64,000 nt of DNA from Candidatus Magasanikiibacteriota bacterium (GCA_016182085.1 JACOYB010000004.1:339923-403922), one strand, 5' to 3'. Positions 1 to 9,500 are shown, counted from the stretch's first letter. Translations and numbers: made by a program. Notes: generated from the letters alone by a model not told the origin.

Positions 1-1
1 G

Positions 2-1102
2 CAAACTTTAGTATTTGATAAATCTAGAATTTTATACGGATTAAACAAGGCCAAAACCGAAATTAAGGCCAAGGATTTGGCCGTGCTGGTGGAAGGGCAG
101 ATGGATGTGATCGCTTGTCATCAAGCTGGCATGAAAAATGTTGTAGCTTCTTCGGGTACAGCCTTAACACTTGAGCAAATTAAATTATTAAAAAGGTATT
201 CCAACAATATTGCCATTGCCTTTGATGCGGATACAGCCGGACAAAATGCGGCTAAGCGCGGTATAGATATGGCGCTCGAACAGGGGATGAGTATAAAAAT
301 TATCCAAATTCCGGCTGGAGCGGGTAAGGATGCCGATGAATGCATAAAAAAGGATTTGCCTATTTGGTTTAAAGCTGTAGAAACCGCTAAAGAAGTAATG
401 GATTGGTATTTTGCCAGTGCGTTTAATGGAATAGATAAAAACGATCCTAAGCAGAAGCAGAAAGTGGCCGAGACTTTGCTAGCCGAGATCGGACGTTTAC
501 CGTACGCCGTAGAGAAGGATCATTGGCTAAAAAGATTGGCTGAGGAGTTAAACGTTGAGCGAGAGGTATTGGTTGCCGAACTTGGCAGAGTTGCCGCGCA
601 GGCAAAAAAATACACCGACAATAAACCAGATAAAGCGCCGGATGGACTAGTAAAAAAAGAAAATTGGGATGCCCCAGGGAAAATACCGGTGCTGGCAGAG
701 AACTTCTTTGCTTTACTGCTTAAATTTCCGCAGTTATTTTCCCAGTACGCAGACGGCTTAAAGTCGGAGTTTTTTCATAAAACCCGCTTTGCCGGCCTTT
801 ACGAATCCCTAAAAACACACTATAATACTAGCAATCTAGATATAAACGCGATTAGAGATAGTTTAAGCAAGGAAGATCAAGATTCCGTTGATATTTTAGT
901 GTTAAAAACAGATAAGGACTATAGCGCTTTTGGCGCGCCCGAAGCAAAAAAAGAATTGGATTTTTTGTTTAATAAAATTAAAGAAGAGTGGCAAAAAAAT
1001 AGACGCGAGCAGCTGTATGCGCAGCTAAAAGGATCAGAAAAAAATAATGATCTGGAAGCCGTGCAAAAAATCTTGAAAGAAATAGTGGAATTGGATAAGT
1101 AA
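2..1102 (+). CDS. dnaG: DNA primase DnaG, C-terminal part; the 5' end lies upstream of the window
   Basis: In-frame translation from the window edge reads ...YGLNKAKTEIKAKDLAVLVEGQMDVIACHQAGMKNVVASSGTALT..., a TOPRIM signature (EGxMDV...HQAG) followed by a primase C-terminal helical region. It sits directly upstream of rpoD, the classical dnaG-rpoD arrangement. The ORF tracker start at 77 is an internal TTG. Confidence 0.8.
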   Translation, partial: QTLVFDKSRILYGLNKAKTEIKAKDLAVLVEGQMDVIACHQAGMKNVVASSGTALTLEQIKLLKRYSNNIAIAFDADTAGQNAAKRGIDMALEQGMSIKIIQIPAGAGKDADECIKKDLPIWFKAVETAKEVMDWYFASAFNGIDKNDPKQKQKVAETLLAEIGRLPYAVEKDHWLKRLAEELNVEREVLVAELGRVAAQAKKYTDNKPDKAPDGLVKKENWDAPGKIPVLAENFFALLLKFPQLFSQYADGLKSEFFHKTRFAGLYESLKTHYNTSNLDINAIRDSLSKEDQDSVDILVLKTDKDYSAFGAPEAKKELDFLFNKIKEEWQKNRREQLYAQLKGSEKNNDLEAVQKILKEIVELDK

Positions 1103-1148
1103 ATATAAATTAAAATTTTAATCAGTAAGATTTAATATTAATCCCTCT

Positions 1149-2450
1149 ATGGCGGTCAAAAAAAAGGGGACAATTAAAAAATCTTCCAAGCCATTGCGCG
1201 TTAAACATACGCGTAAGCAAAAAGAGAAGAAAAAAGTTTTAGTAAAAAAATCACAAAAAAAATCGGTAAAAAAGTTTCTTCAACCTAAAAAAAACCAGCA
1301 CTTCAAGCAAAAAGGCAAGCATCATAAAAAAAATCAAGAAGAGGAGATTGTAGCCGAGCCTTCGCTTAAAGACATTTGGGCGCTTGTTGCCAAGGGGCGC
1401 ACTCGCGGTTTTATTACCCAAGTAGAAGCTGAGGGTGTTTTTTCTCGTCCGGAACGGTATCTGGATCTTTATGAGGGTTTTATGGATTTGTTAGATAAAA
1501 ATGGTGTAACTGTTGTAGAAACTGCCGGTAACTTGCTTGGCCGCAAAACCGAAAGCAAAAGTCTGCTGCAGCAATTCCAGGGCAAGCAGCCGGATATGGA
1601 CACGCCATTTGATTTGGGGCAAATTTCTTCTGATTCTATACAGATGTATTTGCGTGAAATTGGTAGAATACCGCTGCTTAAATCTGCGGAAGAGATCGCT
1701 CTGGCCAAACGCAAAGAAAGAGGTGATAAAGAAGCGGATAGAAAACTTATAGAAGCCAATTTAAGATTAGTCGTTTCTATTGCCAAAAAATTTGTAGGTA
1801 AATCTTTGTCATTGCTCGATTTAATCCAAGAAGGAAATATTGGCTTGTTTAGAGCCGTAAAAAAGTTTGATTACCGCAAAGGCTTTAAATTTTCTACTTA
1901 CGCTACTTGGTGGATACGCCAGGCTATTACTCGCGCCTTGGCCGACCAGTCGCGCACCATTCGTATTCCGGTGCATATGGTAGAAACTATTAACCGTTTC
2001 CAGCAGGTCCAGCGCCGACTGCTGCAAGATTTGGGCCGCGATCCAACCCCGGAAGAATTGGCCGCCGAAATGGGCGAGGAAGTAGAAAAAATCAATCATA
2101 TTATCAAAATTTCTCAAGACACCGTGTCTTTGGAAATGTCGGTGGGCGATGACGATGATGACGATTCTTCCTTGCAGGATTTTGTGGAAGATATCAAGAA
2201 CATGTCTCCGGATCGCGTGGCCGGTTTGCAAATTTTGCGCGATTATGTAAAAGACGCGATCAAAGATTTGTCGCCGCGCGAGCAAAAGATTTTGGAAATG
2301 AGATTTGGCCTTACCGACGGCGTTACGCACACTTTGGAAGAAGTAGGTAAGGAGTTTGATGTTACCCGCGAACGCATCCGCCAAATTGAAGCCAAAGCTC
2401 TGGAAAAAATCCAGCATATGGATATTATTGCCAAGCTTAAGGACTATTAG
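1149..2450 (+). CDS. rpoD: RNA polymerase primary sigma factor (sigma-70 family) with a Lys-rich basic N-terminal extension
   Basis: Region 2 motif [40 protein letters not shown], region 3, and region 4 [23 protein letters not shown] are all present. The N-terminal roughly 70 aa is extremely K/R-rich ([26 protein letters not shown]...) where acidic region 1.1 normally sits. Confidence 0.93.
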   Translation: MAVKKKGTIKKSSKPLRVKHTRKQKEKKKVLVKKSQKKSVKKFLQPKKNQHFKQKGKHHKKNQEEEIVAEPSLKDIWALVAKGRTRGFITQVEAEGVFSRPERYLDLYEGFMDLLDKNGVTVVETAGNLLGRKTESKSLLQQFQGKQPDMDTPFDLGQISSDSIQMYLREIGRIPLLKSAEEIALAKRKERGDKEADRKLIEANLRLVVSIAKKFVGKSLSLLDLIQEGNIGLFRAVKKFDYRKGFKFSTYATWWIRQAITRALADQSRTIRIPVHMVETINRFQQVQRRLLQDLGRDPTPEELAAEMGEEVEKINHIIKISQDTVSLEMSVGDDDDDDSSLQDFVEDIKNMSPDRVAGLQILRDYVKDAIKDLSPREQKILEMRFGLTDGVTHTLEEVGKEFDVTRERIRQIEAKALEKIQHMDIIAKLKDY

Positions 2451-2468
2451 GTATAGTTTTATACCGGT

Positions 2469-3653
2469 ATGAGAATAGAACATTTTGCTCCGGAAATGAT
2501 TGTCCCCGAAGATCAAGATCTTGAACATAAAGTAATACATAACGAAGTTATCAGGCACGAAGACGTACAAAAATACGCCGATTTTATAATTAACCATCTT
2601 AAAATTTTTGAAAAAGCTTCGGAGCAGGAAAAAACAGCTTTTATCATAGATGCTCTTAATAACGATAATCTCGTGCAAGAAGTACGGGGTGATATGGAAG
2701 CTGGTCTTTTAGATGAGAGAGAAGTGCTTGACGTGACAAGCAGGGTCAGAAAAGCCCTTGTAGAAGAATTGAAAGGCAAAATTGATAGCGATATATATTT
2801 ACTTATTGAGGATATTAAAAACGCAACCGAATCACCCGATCCAAACCGTAAAAATATTGTGAGTTTGCTCATTGATAAGTATGGCCAGCAAAGAGTGTAT
2901 AAAGAGCAAGAAATACCGGAAAAGTATAAACAAGATCTTAAAGATGCTGTCCTGCTTTTTCAGCAATTAGATCCGCACCCCAACATTGCTCAGAATATTA
3001 AATATGACGAGAAGCAGCACAGTCTAATTTATGAAAAGTTAGATTTTATTTCGCTGGCTCAATATTTAGAAGATGGAAAAAAATCCAGTAGAGATAAATT
3101 TCTCACAGGCCTACAAGTGTTAAGAGATTGCGTAAGAGGGGCAAACTATTTGGCAGAACACGGCTTGGTGTTACAAGATATTGACCCGTTCAATCTTGGC
3201 GTGCAAGAAACAGATTCAGGCGCTAAGAAAGGAGTATTGTTTGATTTATTGTGGTTGGTAAAAAAAGGGGTGCATATGGATTTTCGCATGAGTAAGCCAG
3301 GCTATTTTAGTAGGATAATGTACGATTCTGATCAGCCTGATCCAGATTGTTTAAGTCCTTATGAAATGGTGTATCAATTTGGTCTTTGTTTAGACAAAAT
3401 AAAAGAGACATACTGCGATTCAACTTTTGCAAAGAGAAAATCAAGTCAGGTAGATGCTTTTGATCTTGATAGCCAAGAAGTAAAGATGGTAACCCGCGAT
3501 ATCAGAAATTTATCCACGGACATGCAGGCGCTTCGCAGTAATAAGGTAGGTAGATATAAAAGACGCATAGATTTGAAAGAGGCGGAGGAAAGATTAAATA
3601 AAATTATTGCTGAAACAGAAAAAGTTTTTAACTCTGTGCCTTTCCCTGTATGA
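2469..3653 (+). CDS. hypothetical protein (394 aa) with a weak kinase-like HGLVLQDIDPFNLGV motif
   Basis: Long ORF with host codon usage. Its stop overlaps the murG start (ATGA at 3650-3653). No family was confidently recognised. Confidence 0.6.
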   Translation: MRIEHFAPEMIVPEDQDLEHKVIHNEVIRHEDVQKYADFIINHLKIFEKASEQEKTAFIIDALNNDNLVQEVRGDMEAGLLDEREVLDVTSRVRKALVEELKGKIDSDIYLLIEDIKNATESPDPNRKNIVSLLIDKYGQQRVYKEQEIPEKYKQDLKDAVLLFQQLDPHPNIAQNIKYDEKQHSLIYEKLDFISLAQYLEDGKKSSRDKFLTGLQVLRDCVRGANYLAEHGLVLQDIDPFNLGVQETDSGAKKGVLFDLLWLVKKGVHMDFRMSKPGYFSRIMYDSDQPDPDCLSPYEMVYQFGLCLDKIKETYCDSTFAKRKSSQVDAFDLDSQEVKMVTRDIRNLSTDMQALRSNKVGRYKRRIDLKEAEERLNKIIAETEKVFNSVPFPV

Positions 3654-4723
3654 AAATACTATTTTCCGGCGGCGGAACACTTGGGCCGGTGGTGCCGCTG
3701 CTGGCTATATCCGAAATATACAAAAAACATAACCTCAAGGCGGAATTTTTTTGGGTGGGTACGCAAAACGGTCCGGAAAAAGAATTGATTTCTCAATATA
3801 ATATTCCTTTTTTCACCTTAACTTCCGGAAAATGGCGTCGGTATATTTCTTTGTGGAATATTTTTGATATCTTTAAAATAATCTTTGGTTTTTTTCAGTC
3901 TTTATTTTTATTATGGCAGAAAAAACCGGATATGGTGGTAACAGCCGGAGGATTTGTAAGCGTGCCGCTTCATGCCGCGGCTTTTGTGCTGGGGATACCG
4001 GCGTGGGTGCATCAGCAGGACGCGCAAGTTGGGCTGGCTAATAAAATTATGTCGCATACGGCCAAGAAAATTACCACGGCCTTACGCGACAGCCAGTCGT
4101 TTTTTTCGGAAAATAAAACCGAATGGATTGGTAATCCGGTACGCGATCTGTCTGTAAAAGATGTGTCTGAATCTAGGCAGAAGCTTGGCATACCACCCGG
4201 AGTGCATGTAATTTTGGCTATGGGCGGTGGGACCGGCTCTAGCAGTATAAATAAATTAGTAATGGAAGCATTGCCAGCTTGGCCTAGAGATTGGCATATT
4301 ATTCATTTGGTAGGACGCGAGCGGCCAAGGGCTTTACAAGAAAATGCGACAAAAGTATTTCCTAATTATCATGTGTTTCCATTTTTAAAAGAAGAAATGA
4401 AGGATGCTTATGCCATTGCCGAGGTTGTTATTACCCGAGCCGGTTTTGCCAGTATTACCGAATTGGCAGCCCTGGGCAAGGCGGCGATCCTACTCCCTAT
4501 GTCGCATACTCACCAAGAGGTAAACGCAAGGTTGCTTGCGGAAAATAAAGCAGCTATAGTCTTGGATGAAAGAACGGATAGCGGCTTGAAGCTGGCCAAA
4601 ATCGTAGCCGAACTCATAGAATTTAAAGAGACCAGAGATTACTTGGGTAAACGATTGCAGACGGTTTTACCTCCGGCCAAACCAGAAAAAATCATCCAAA
4701 TTGTGGACAGTCTAGCCTCTTGA
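3650..4723 (+). CDS. murG: undecaprenyldiphospho-muramoylpentapeptide beta-N-acetylglucosaminyltransferase (MurG-like GT28)
   Basis: N-terminus MKILFSGGGTLGPVVPLLAI (GGGTGGH-like motif); C-terminal domain with the ITRAGFASITELAALGKAAILLP donor-binding region typical of MurG/GT28. Confidence 0.7.
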   Translation: MKILFSGGGTLGPVVPLLAISEIYKKHNLKAEFFWVGTQNGPEKELISQYNIPFFTLTSGKWRRYISLWNIFDIFKIIFGFFQSLFLLWQKKPDMVVTAGGFVSVPLHAAAFVLGIPAWVHQQDAQVGLANKIMSHTAKKITTALRDSQSFFSENKTEWIGNPVRDLSVKDVSESRQKLGIPPGVHVILAMGGGTGSSSINKLVMEALPAWPRDWHIIHLVGRERPRALQENATKVFPNYHVFPFLKEEMKDAYAIAEVVITRAGFASITELAALGKAAILLPMSHTHQEVNARLLAENKAAIVLDERTDSGLKLAKIVAELIEFKETRDYLGKRLQTVLPPAKPEKIIQIVDSLAS

Positions 4724-4770
4724 TTTTTTTATTACATTAGTATAGAATAATTAACACTTAGTTAAAATTT

Positions 4771-4843
4771 GGGTCGGTAGCTCAGCTGGTAGAGCAATGC
4801 CCTTTTAAGGCAGTGGTCCTGGGTTCGATCCCCAGCCGACCCA
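4771..4843 (+). tRNA. tRNA-Lys (anticodon TTT)
   Basis: Cloverleaf readable: acceptor GGGTCGG/CCGACCC, D-arm GCTCAGCTGGTAGAGC, anticodon loop CTTTTAA, T-arm GGGTTCGATCCCC. No CCA is encoded. Confidence 0.85.
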
Positions 4844-4903
4844 CGACGCGATGCGTTGTGGTAAAAAGATAAATAGTCTTTATAACACAGTTATATATAA
4901 TTT

Positions 4904-4920
4904 GGGCGTTTAGCTCAGTT
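4904..4920 (+). repeat. 17-nt duplicate of the tRNA-Val 5' end (GGGCGTTTAGCTCAGTT), followed by two perfect mini-hairpins (TCCGCC-AGA-GGCGGA and CCAGCC-TTG-GGCTGG)
   Basis: Exact match to the first 17 nt of the tRNA-Val gene that starts 63 bp downstream. Confidence 0.7.
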
Positions 4921-4966
4921 TCCGCCAGAGGCGGACCAGCCTTGGGCTGGGGTTAGAAAATTAAAA

Positions 4967-5040
4967 GGGCGTTTAGCTCAGTTGGTTAGAGCGCCTCGTT
5001 TACACCGAGGAGGTCTAGGGTTCGAATCCCTAAGCGCCTA
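4967..5040 (+). tRNA. tRNA-Val (anticodon TAC)
   Basis: Acceptor GGGCGTT/AGCGCCT with G-U wobbles, D-arm GCTCAGTTGGTTAGAGC, anticodon stem CCTCG/CGAGG with loop TTTACAC, T-arm TAGGGTTCGAATCCCTA. Confidence 0.85.
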
Positions 5041-5046
5041 CAGTAA

Positions 5047-5086
5047 TAAAAATAACCCCCGATTATCGGGGGTTATTTTTATTACT
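5047..5086 (+). terminator. rho-independent terminator after the tRNA cluster
   Basis: AAAAATAACCCCCGATTATCGGGGGTTATTTTTATT: a 10-bp GC-cored stem followed by a T-run. Confidence 0.75.
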
Positions 5087-5211
5087 TATTTTTTTCTCCC
5101 GGTATCCATAATTTCAATAATTAAAGTTATGGATACGGCGGGAGGAATGGTGGCTGTTTTGTAACCACTCTCCGTATGGGGGTGTGGTTACTGGGTTGCG
5201 GCGTGTGGTCC

Positions 5212-5703
5212 CTAGGGTCGCAGGAAGACCTTCTCGAATTGGCACTTGGGGACGTTCATCCCGAAGCCCGTGATATCGTTGTTCATGAAGGCCTGTACGC
5301 CCTTGAGGCTGCAAAATCGATACCGCTTGCCACCTTCGCCCTGGTAGGTGATGATGGTTCGGCTTGGATTGGTCTTGGCCGTGATCGGGAAGATGCCGTA
5401 GTCGGTGGGCAAGATGCGCACCGTCTCGTCTTCGCCATCGCCATCGCCGTCGGGAAGGATCTCGAAGACCATGGGTTCGGGCAAGGACGGCACATGAATG
5501 GCGTACCTCGCGCCCCACCTGCCTTCGAGTTCCTCGATACCGGGAAGGTCGGAAACAATGATCCGATCGGGGTGAGTGGTCGTTGCGTCGACCGTGAAGG
5601 TGACCGGTGTCGAATCCACGGCGAGAGTGCGGTGGGTGCTCTGGCCGGCGCAGCCGACGAGAACGAGGATGAGAGCAGTGACAGAAACAATTCTGAGCAG
5701 CAT
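5212..5703 (-). CDS. predicted secreted lipoprotein (163 aa) on a roughly 60% GC island; function unknown
   Basis: N-terminus MLLRIVSVTALILVLVGCAGQ is a signal peptide with a lipobox LVGC. Codons are GC3-rich, unlike the host. A GGAG ribosome-binding site lies 9 nt upstream. The overlapping plus-strand and other-frame ORFs look like antisense artefacts. Confidence 0.6.
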   Translation of the reverse strand: MLLRIVSVTALILVLVGCAGQSTHRTLAVDSTPVTFTVDATTTHPDRIIVSDLPGIEELEGRWGARYAIHVPSLPEPMVFEILPDGDGDGEDETVRILPTDYGIFPITAKTNPSRTIITYQGEGGKRYRFCSLKGVQAFMNNDITGFGMNVPKCQFEKVFLRP

Positions 5704-5967
5704 AGCGTGGGCTCCTGTCGTTGACTTCTTGGTCTGCTGTATCCTCTCCCGGATACTGGGTTGCAGGGGATCCTGCCGAGAATTCTAGATAGAGAGACTA
5801 TCCACAATACTCGGCACTTCCCGATTTTAAAGGGCAAATAGGCTGTTTATATAAAATTTAACTTTTGTTTATCTGCTTTTAAGCAAACCATAAAATCCAA
5901 CTTTTGTCAAGTTTAGGCAGTTAATCCGTTTGTATGATATAATTTATAGTAAGCAATTAAAATTATT

Positions 5968-7149
5968 ATGTCCAGAGGTTTTGAAAATAAAAAAATCATT
6001 TTACATCAAGGAGTTTATAAAAGACCGGTATCGGTAGGCGACGCGATTTTTATGATTACGGGCATGAGTATTGGCGCCGGGATGTTGGGTATTCCCTATG
6101 TAGTGGCCCAAGTTGGTTTAAAAATCGGCATTGTCTATATTTTAGTACTGGGACTGGTGATGTTGTGTTTAAATTTAATGCTCGGAGATATAGCTGTGCG
6201 CACCAATGAACCTTTGCAAATTCCGGGACTGGTTGGCAGGTATTTAGGCAAGGGGCCAAAATATATTATCAATATTTTAGTTGTTTTCGGTTCATATAGC
6301 ACGCTGCTCGCCTATATATCGGGTGAGGGGCAGGCGCTAACAGCTTTATTTGGAGGGAGCCCAGTAGTTTGGAGTTTGGTATTTTGGACTATTGGGAGCG
6401 CTATAGTATGGCGAGGGCTGCAAACAATCAAAAGCGTAGAAAAGGTGTTGAGCCTTATCGTTATGAGTATAGTTATCGGAGTTTCTTTTTATATTCTACG
6501 GGATTTTGACATGACAGCCTGGGCCTATACCGATGTAAGTAAGATTTTCTTGCCGTACGGTGTGATTTTGTTCGCGTTAAACGCCACGCCAGCCATTATA
6601 GAAGCACATGCTTTATTGCCAAAAGATCAAAAAAGTTTTAAGAGAGCACTTATTATCGGCTCGCTTATACCCATGACCATTTATATTATTTTTGCTATAG
6701 CCGTAGTTGGGGCAACCGGACTGCAGACCACAGAGGTGGCAACTATTGGTTTGGGAGAGAAATTTGGCAAAGGGATCCTAGTTTTAAGTAATATTTTTGC
6801 GGTTCTGGCCATGAGCGCGGGTTTTATCGGTTCAGGAATTGCATTAAAACAAAATTTTGTTTGGGATAATAAAATACCTAAGATAATAGCAGAATTTTTA
6901 GTAATCTCGGTTCCTATTTTTTTGTTTTTACTGGGGCTGCGACACTTTATTGTAATTTTAAGCGTAGCTGGAGGATTGGTAATCGGCGTAGAAGCGGTGT
7001 TCCTTGTGTTAACCTGCTGGCAGGCTAGAAGAAAAGGCTATGTTAATGCCTCTGAATACGGCCTTCATCACTTTTGGCTTCTTGCCATTCCGGTTTTTTT
7101 GATTTTTAGCTGGGTAACGGTACAAAGCATGCTTAATTTTGTTAAATAA
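5968..7149 (+). CDS. amino-acid permease, HAAAP (Trp/Tyr permease Mtr/TnaB/TyrP-like) family
   Basis: About 11 predicted TM helices. The N-terminal ITGMSIGAGMLGIPY motif matches the GTAIGAGMLALP signature of aromatic amino-acid permeases. Confidence 0.6.
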   Translation: MSRGFENKKIILHQGVYKRPVSVGDAIFMITGMSIGAGMLGIPYVVAQVGLKIGIVYILVLGLVMLCLNLMLGDIAVRTNEPLQIPGLVGRYLGKGPKYIINILVVFGSYSTLLAYISGEGQALTALFGGSPVVWSLVFWTIGSAIVWRGLQTIKSVEKVLSLIVMSIVIGVSFYILRDFDMTAWAYTDVSKIFLPYGVILFALNATPAIIEAHALLPKDQKSFKRALIIGSLIPMTIYIIFAIAVVGATGLQTTEVATIGLGEKFGKGILVLSNIFAVLAMSAGFIGSGIALKQNFVWDNKIPKIIAEFLVISVPIFLFLLGLRHFIVILSVAGGLVIGVEAVFLVLTCWQARRKGYVNASEYGLHHFWLLAIPVFLIFSWVTVQSMLNFVK

Positions 7150-7170
7150 AAATCTCTAGTGAAGAAAAAA

Positions 7171-8910
7171 TTAAGGTACCACCTTTGAACCCAGAGAGAA
7201 GCCCCTATCATTTCTGTTTAGAATATTATTTATAGGAGTATGGGAAAGATTAAATTTCTTACCAACAAAGCTGTCTGTGGCTGAAAAGGATAGGGAGTTG
7301 GTTAATTGTATGTTTTTTCCTATCTGAGATGCGGTTGGTGTGACTGCCACTTCAAAATACAAACCAGTTTGGCTGTTGGCTGGTAATGAGTCATAGCTCC
7401 AAGAAATAGTTCGGCTAGAGTTGTTATATTTGAGCTGCGGGCCAATTGTGGTGCTTTGTTTTCCGCTAAATTCAACCCCGTCTGGGAGAGAAGTGGAAAA
7501 ACTTGGATTGTCCACGGCGTTAGTAGTATTGATTACCTTTACAAATATCCAGTATTTAGTCATTTTTCCGACTTGAGGCGGCAGGGATCCGCGACCAAGC
7601 TGGTCACCTTCGTTTGTATAATAACGGGCTTCAATACTATTAAAATTAAGCTCGGTTGCCAGCGGCAGGCTAACGCGGCTGCCCTCCTGGCTAAATGCTT
7701 GGTCGCTAATTTCAGGAGCCTCAGCTTTCATTATCGGAAATATTTCCAGTTTGGCATTTTCAGTTTGCGGTAAGTTAAATTTTGGAAGTAGATATATTTT
7801 TACTCCAAATACATCGTTACTCTCCGGGTTTCCATTGCTTAAGCTGGTTCTGGATTGTCCGTCAAAGAATACGCCATTTGCTTCGGTTTTAGCGTGGTTT
7901 TCTTGAGCAGTTTTTTTCCAGTCTACGATACCCTGTAGGTTTGAGGTTAAATGAAGAGAAAGGTTTTGCAGTTTAATACCGCTGTTATTTTTCCAGCTTG
8001 CCTCAACTGGGATGATTTGTCCCGGCTCAGCATAAGGGGGTGGGCTTATTAACTTGACCGCAGAATTTATTTGCGGTGAAAAAATTTGAAATTCCTGTAT
8101 GTTTTTGGTTTGGAAAATTTTTGAGTTTTGGTACGAAATAGCGGTGGCTATTTCAAAGGTGTGGTATCCTGTTTGGCTGGGCGCAGTAAATTGTCCTTCT
8201 ATGGTTTTTGAGCCATTTGGTGGAATAGAGACAAGGTCTTCGTTTAGCATAACTTCATCGCGTTTGCTGGTTAAGATATATATATCTTTAATTTCGCGAT
8301 TACCGGAATTTTTTATAGTATAGGAAAATTTAATGGGCGCGCGAGCAAAAGCAGATGATGGAAATTTCAAGTAGCCGGAAAGAACGCTTTCTGGAAGTTT
8401 GGTAATTAATGATGACAGTTTTTGTTCGCGGCTGCTTTTATTTTCCGGTCGATAGGATAAGTTGGCGATAATAAGGGCATCTTCATTTGGTTCGGTCCAA
8501 AATGATCCGTATACGCTTGCTTGGCCGGAAGCGCCGGCACCTAATTCCTTAACCGAGGTAAAAATTGATTGGTCAGAGAAAACGTCAGTTGGTGTTTTGT
8601 CGCGATTTATAATAAATCCTTCCGGTAAACGGAGGCCCAGCGACGCTTCTTTTAGGTTTATTTTACTGTGGTTGGTATAGCTTACGGTAACGATAACTTC
8701 CTCACCGCTTTTTATTCTTTCATTCCCCAAAGTCATTGATAGTTCAATGAGGCCGGTCAAGCTTGGTTTCCAAAAAAATAAAAATAAATTGCCGGCGATC
8801 ATTGCAAGTGTCAAGGAAAGCAAGGCTAAATCAAAAACAAATAGTTTTTTAGCGCTACGGTACACTCCGTGGTATCTGTTCAGATAGTGATGATGTAGAA
8901 ATTTTAACAT
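7171..8910 (-). CDS. hypothetical membrane-anchored protein with a large extracytoplasmic domain (579 aa)
   Basis: Single N-terminal TM helix (LALLSLTLAMIAGNLFLFFW), then a long Ser/Asn/Thr-rich beta-type region with host codon usage. Confidence 0.6.
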   Translation of the reverse strand: MLKFLHHHYLNRYHGVYRSAKKLFVFDLALLSLTLAMIAGNLFLFFWKPSLTGLIELSMTLGNERIKSGEEVIVTVSYTNHSKINLKEASLGLRLPEGFIINRDKTPTDVFSDQSIFTSVKELGAGASGQASVYGSFWTEPNEDALIIANLSYRPENKSSREQKLSSLITKLPESVLSGYLKFPSSAFARAPIKFSYTIKNSGNREIKDIYILTSKRDEVMLNEDLVSIPPNGSKTIEGQFTAPSQTGYHTFEIATAISYQNSKIFQTKNIQEFQIFSPQINSAVKLISPPPYAEPGQIIPVEASWKNNSGIKLQNLSLHLTSNLQGIVDWKKTAQENHAKTEANGVFFDGQSRTSLSNGNPESNDVFGVKIYLLPKFNLPQTENAKLEIFPIMKAEAPEISDQAFSQEGSRVSLPLATELNFNSIEARYYTNEGDQLGRGSLPPQVGKMTKYWIFVKVINTTNAVDNPSFSTSLPDGVEFSGKQSTTIGPQLKYNNSSRTISWSYDSLPANSQTGLYFEVAVTPTASQIGKNIQLTNSLSFSATDSFVGKKFNLSHTPINNILNRNDRGFSLGSKVVP

Positions 8911-9011
8911 ATATTGAGCGGTATTGTTGCATTATATTATATAACTTTTACTTTGTTTTAACAACTTTTTATGTTTTTATTAAACATAAAACCCTCTGTA
9001 GATCGAGGGTT

Positions 9012-9374
9012 TTAGGCTGTGTTTTTGTCTGAAGATTTTTCTCGGGTTTCTGTATTATTTTTTATTTCCTTGTCATGGTTGTTTACAATTTTAGGATTAG
9101 GGGAGTAAAGAGGGTTTTTTATTTTCCAGTTTCCGATAAATTGTCCGATGCCTTTATTTTCCAGTTTGTTTTTAATTGTCGTGTGTCTTTGAGACCATTT
9201 AACAAGGCTTTCAAAGTTTAGTTTATACCTACCCGCTACAACGATATAGATGATCTCCTTAGAAGTGATGGCTCGCCTGATTGTTTGGGCGTTTACGCCA
9301 AACAACTTAGCAGCCTCTGAAACTGAGACCCTAATTACTTCCTTTGGTTTTTCCGTGAGCAAGTTCTGATCCAT
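9012..9374 (-). CDS. helix-turn-helix DNA-binding protein (MerR/excisionase-like HTH)
   Basis: VSVSEAAKLFGVNAQTIRRAI helix-turn-helix near the N-terminus. The gene is divergent from an ECF sigma gene, and its upstream region holds three palindromic operator-like sites. Confidence 0.6.
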   Translation of the reverse strand: MDQNLLTEKPKEVIRVSVSEAAKLFGVNAQTIRRAITSKEIIYIVVAGRYKLNFESLVKWSQRHTTIKNKLENKGIGQFIGNWKIKNPLYSPNPKIVNNHDKEIKNNTETREKSSDKNTA

Positions 9375-9390
9375 AGAGCTGATTTAAGTT

Positions 9391-9412
9391 TTGTATATAC
9401 TTATGTATACAA
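9391..9412. promoter_or_regulatory. degenerate copy of the palindromic operator (TTGTATATACTTATGTATACAA)
   Basis: Imperfect version of the 22-bp palindrome found twice downstream; 17 bp upstream of the HTH gene start. Confidence 0.5.
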
Positions 9413-9478
9413 TCCTAGCATAAATTTACAATTTTGTCAATATTTAAGTTACATCCCCTGTACCTTTAAATAGCTAAT

Positions 9479-9500
9479 TTGTATACACTAGTGTATACAA
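9479..9500. promoter_or_regulatory. perfect 22-bp palindrome TTGTATACACTAGTGTATACAA (operator candidate)
   Basis: Exact dyad symmetry centred on ACTAGT; an identical copy lies 82 bp away. Confidence 0.6.

Noticed and set aside
1469-2678. Minus-strand ORFs overlapping rpoD (105 aa, 285 aa) and similar antisense ORFs across housekeeping genes (for example 32879-33997 under dnaK, 34688-35017 under dnaJ)
   Set aside because: Low-complexity antisense frames fully contained within well-supported conserved genes.
5768-5789. BamHI-EcoRI-XbaI cluster as proof of cloning-vector contamination
   Set aside because: GGATCC also occurs inside the native palindromic repeats, and no other vector-like sequence (ori, bla, lacZ, polylinker remainder) is visible. 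It is flagged for a UniVec check.
5176-5837. Plus-strand 182-aa ORF (5176-5724) and alternative-frame 184-aa and 134-aa ORFs overlapping the lipoprotein gene
   Set aside because: Arg/Pro/Gly-rich, no signal or motif. These are typical antisense or out-of-frame open frames in high-GC coding DNA. Only the minus-strand frame has a signal peptide, lipobox and ribosome-binding site.
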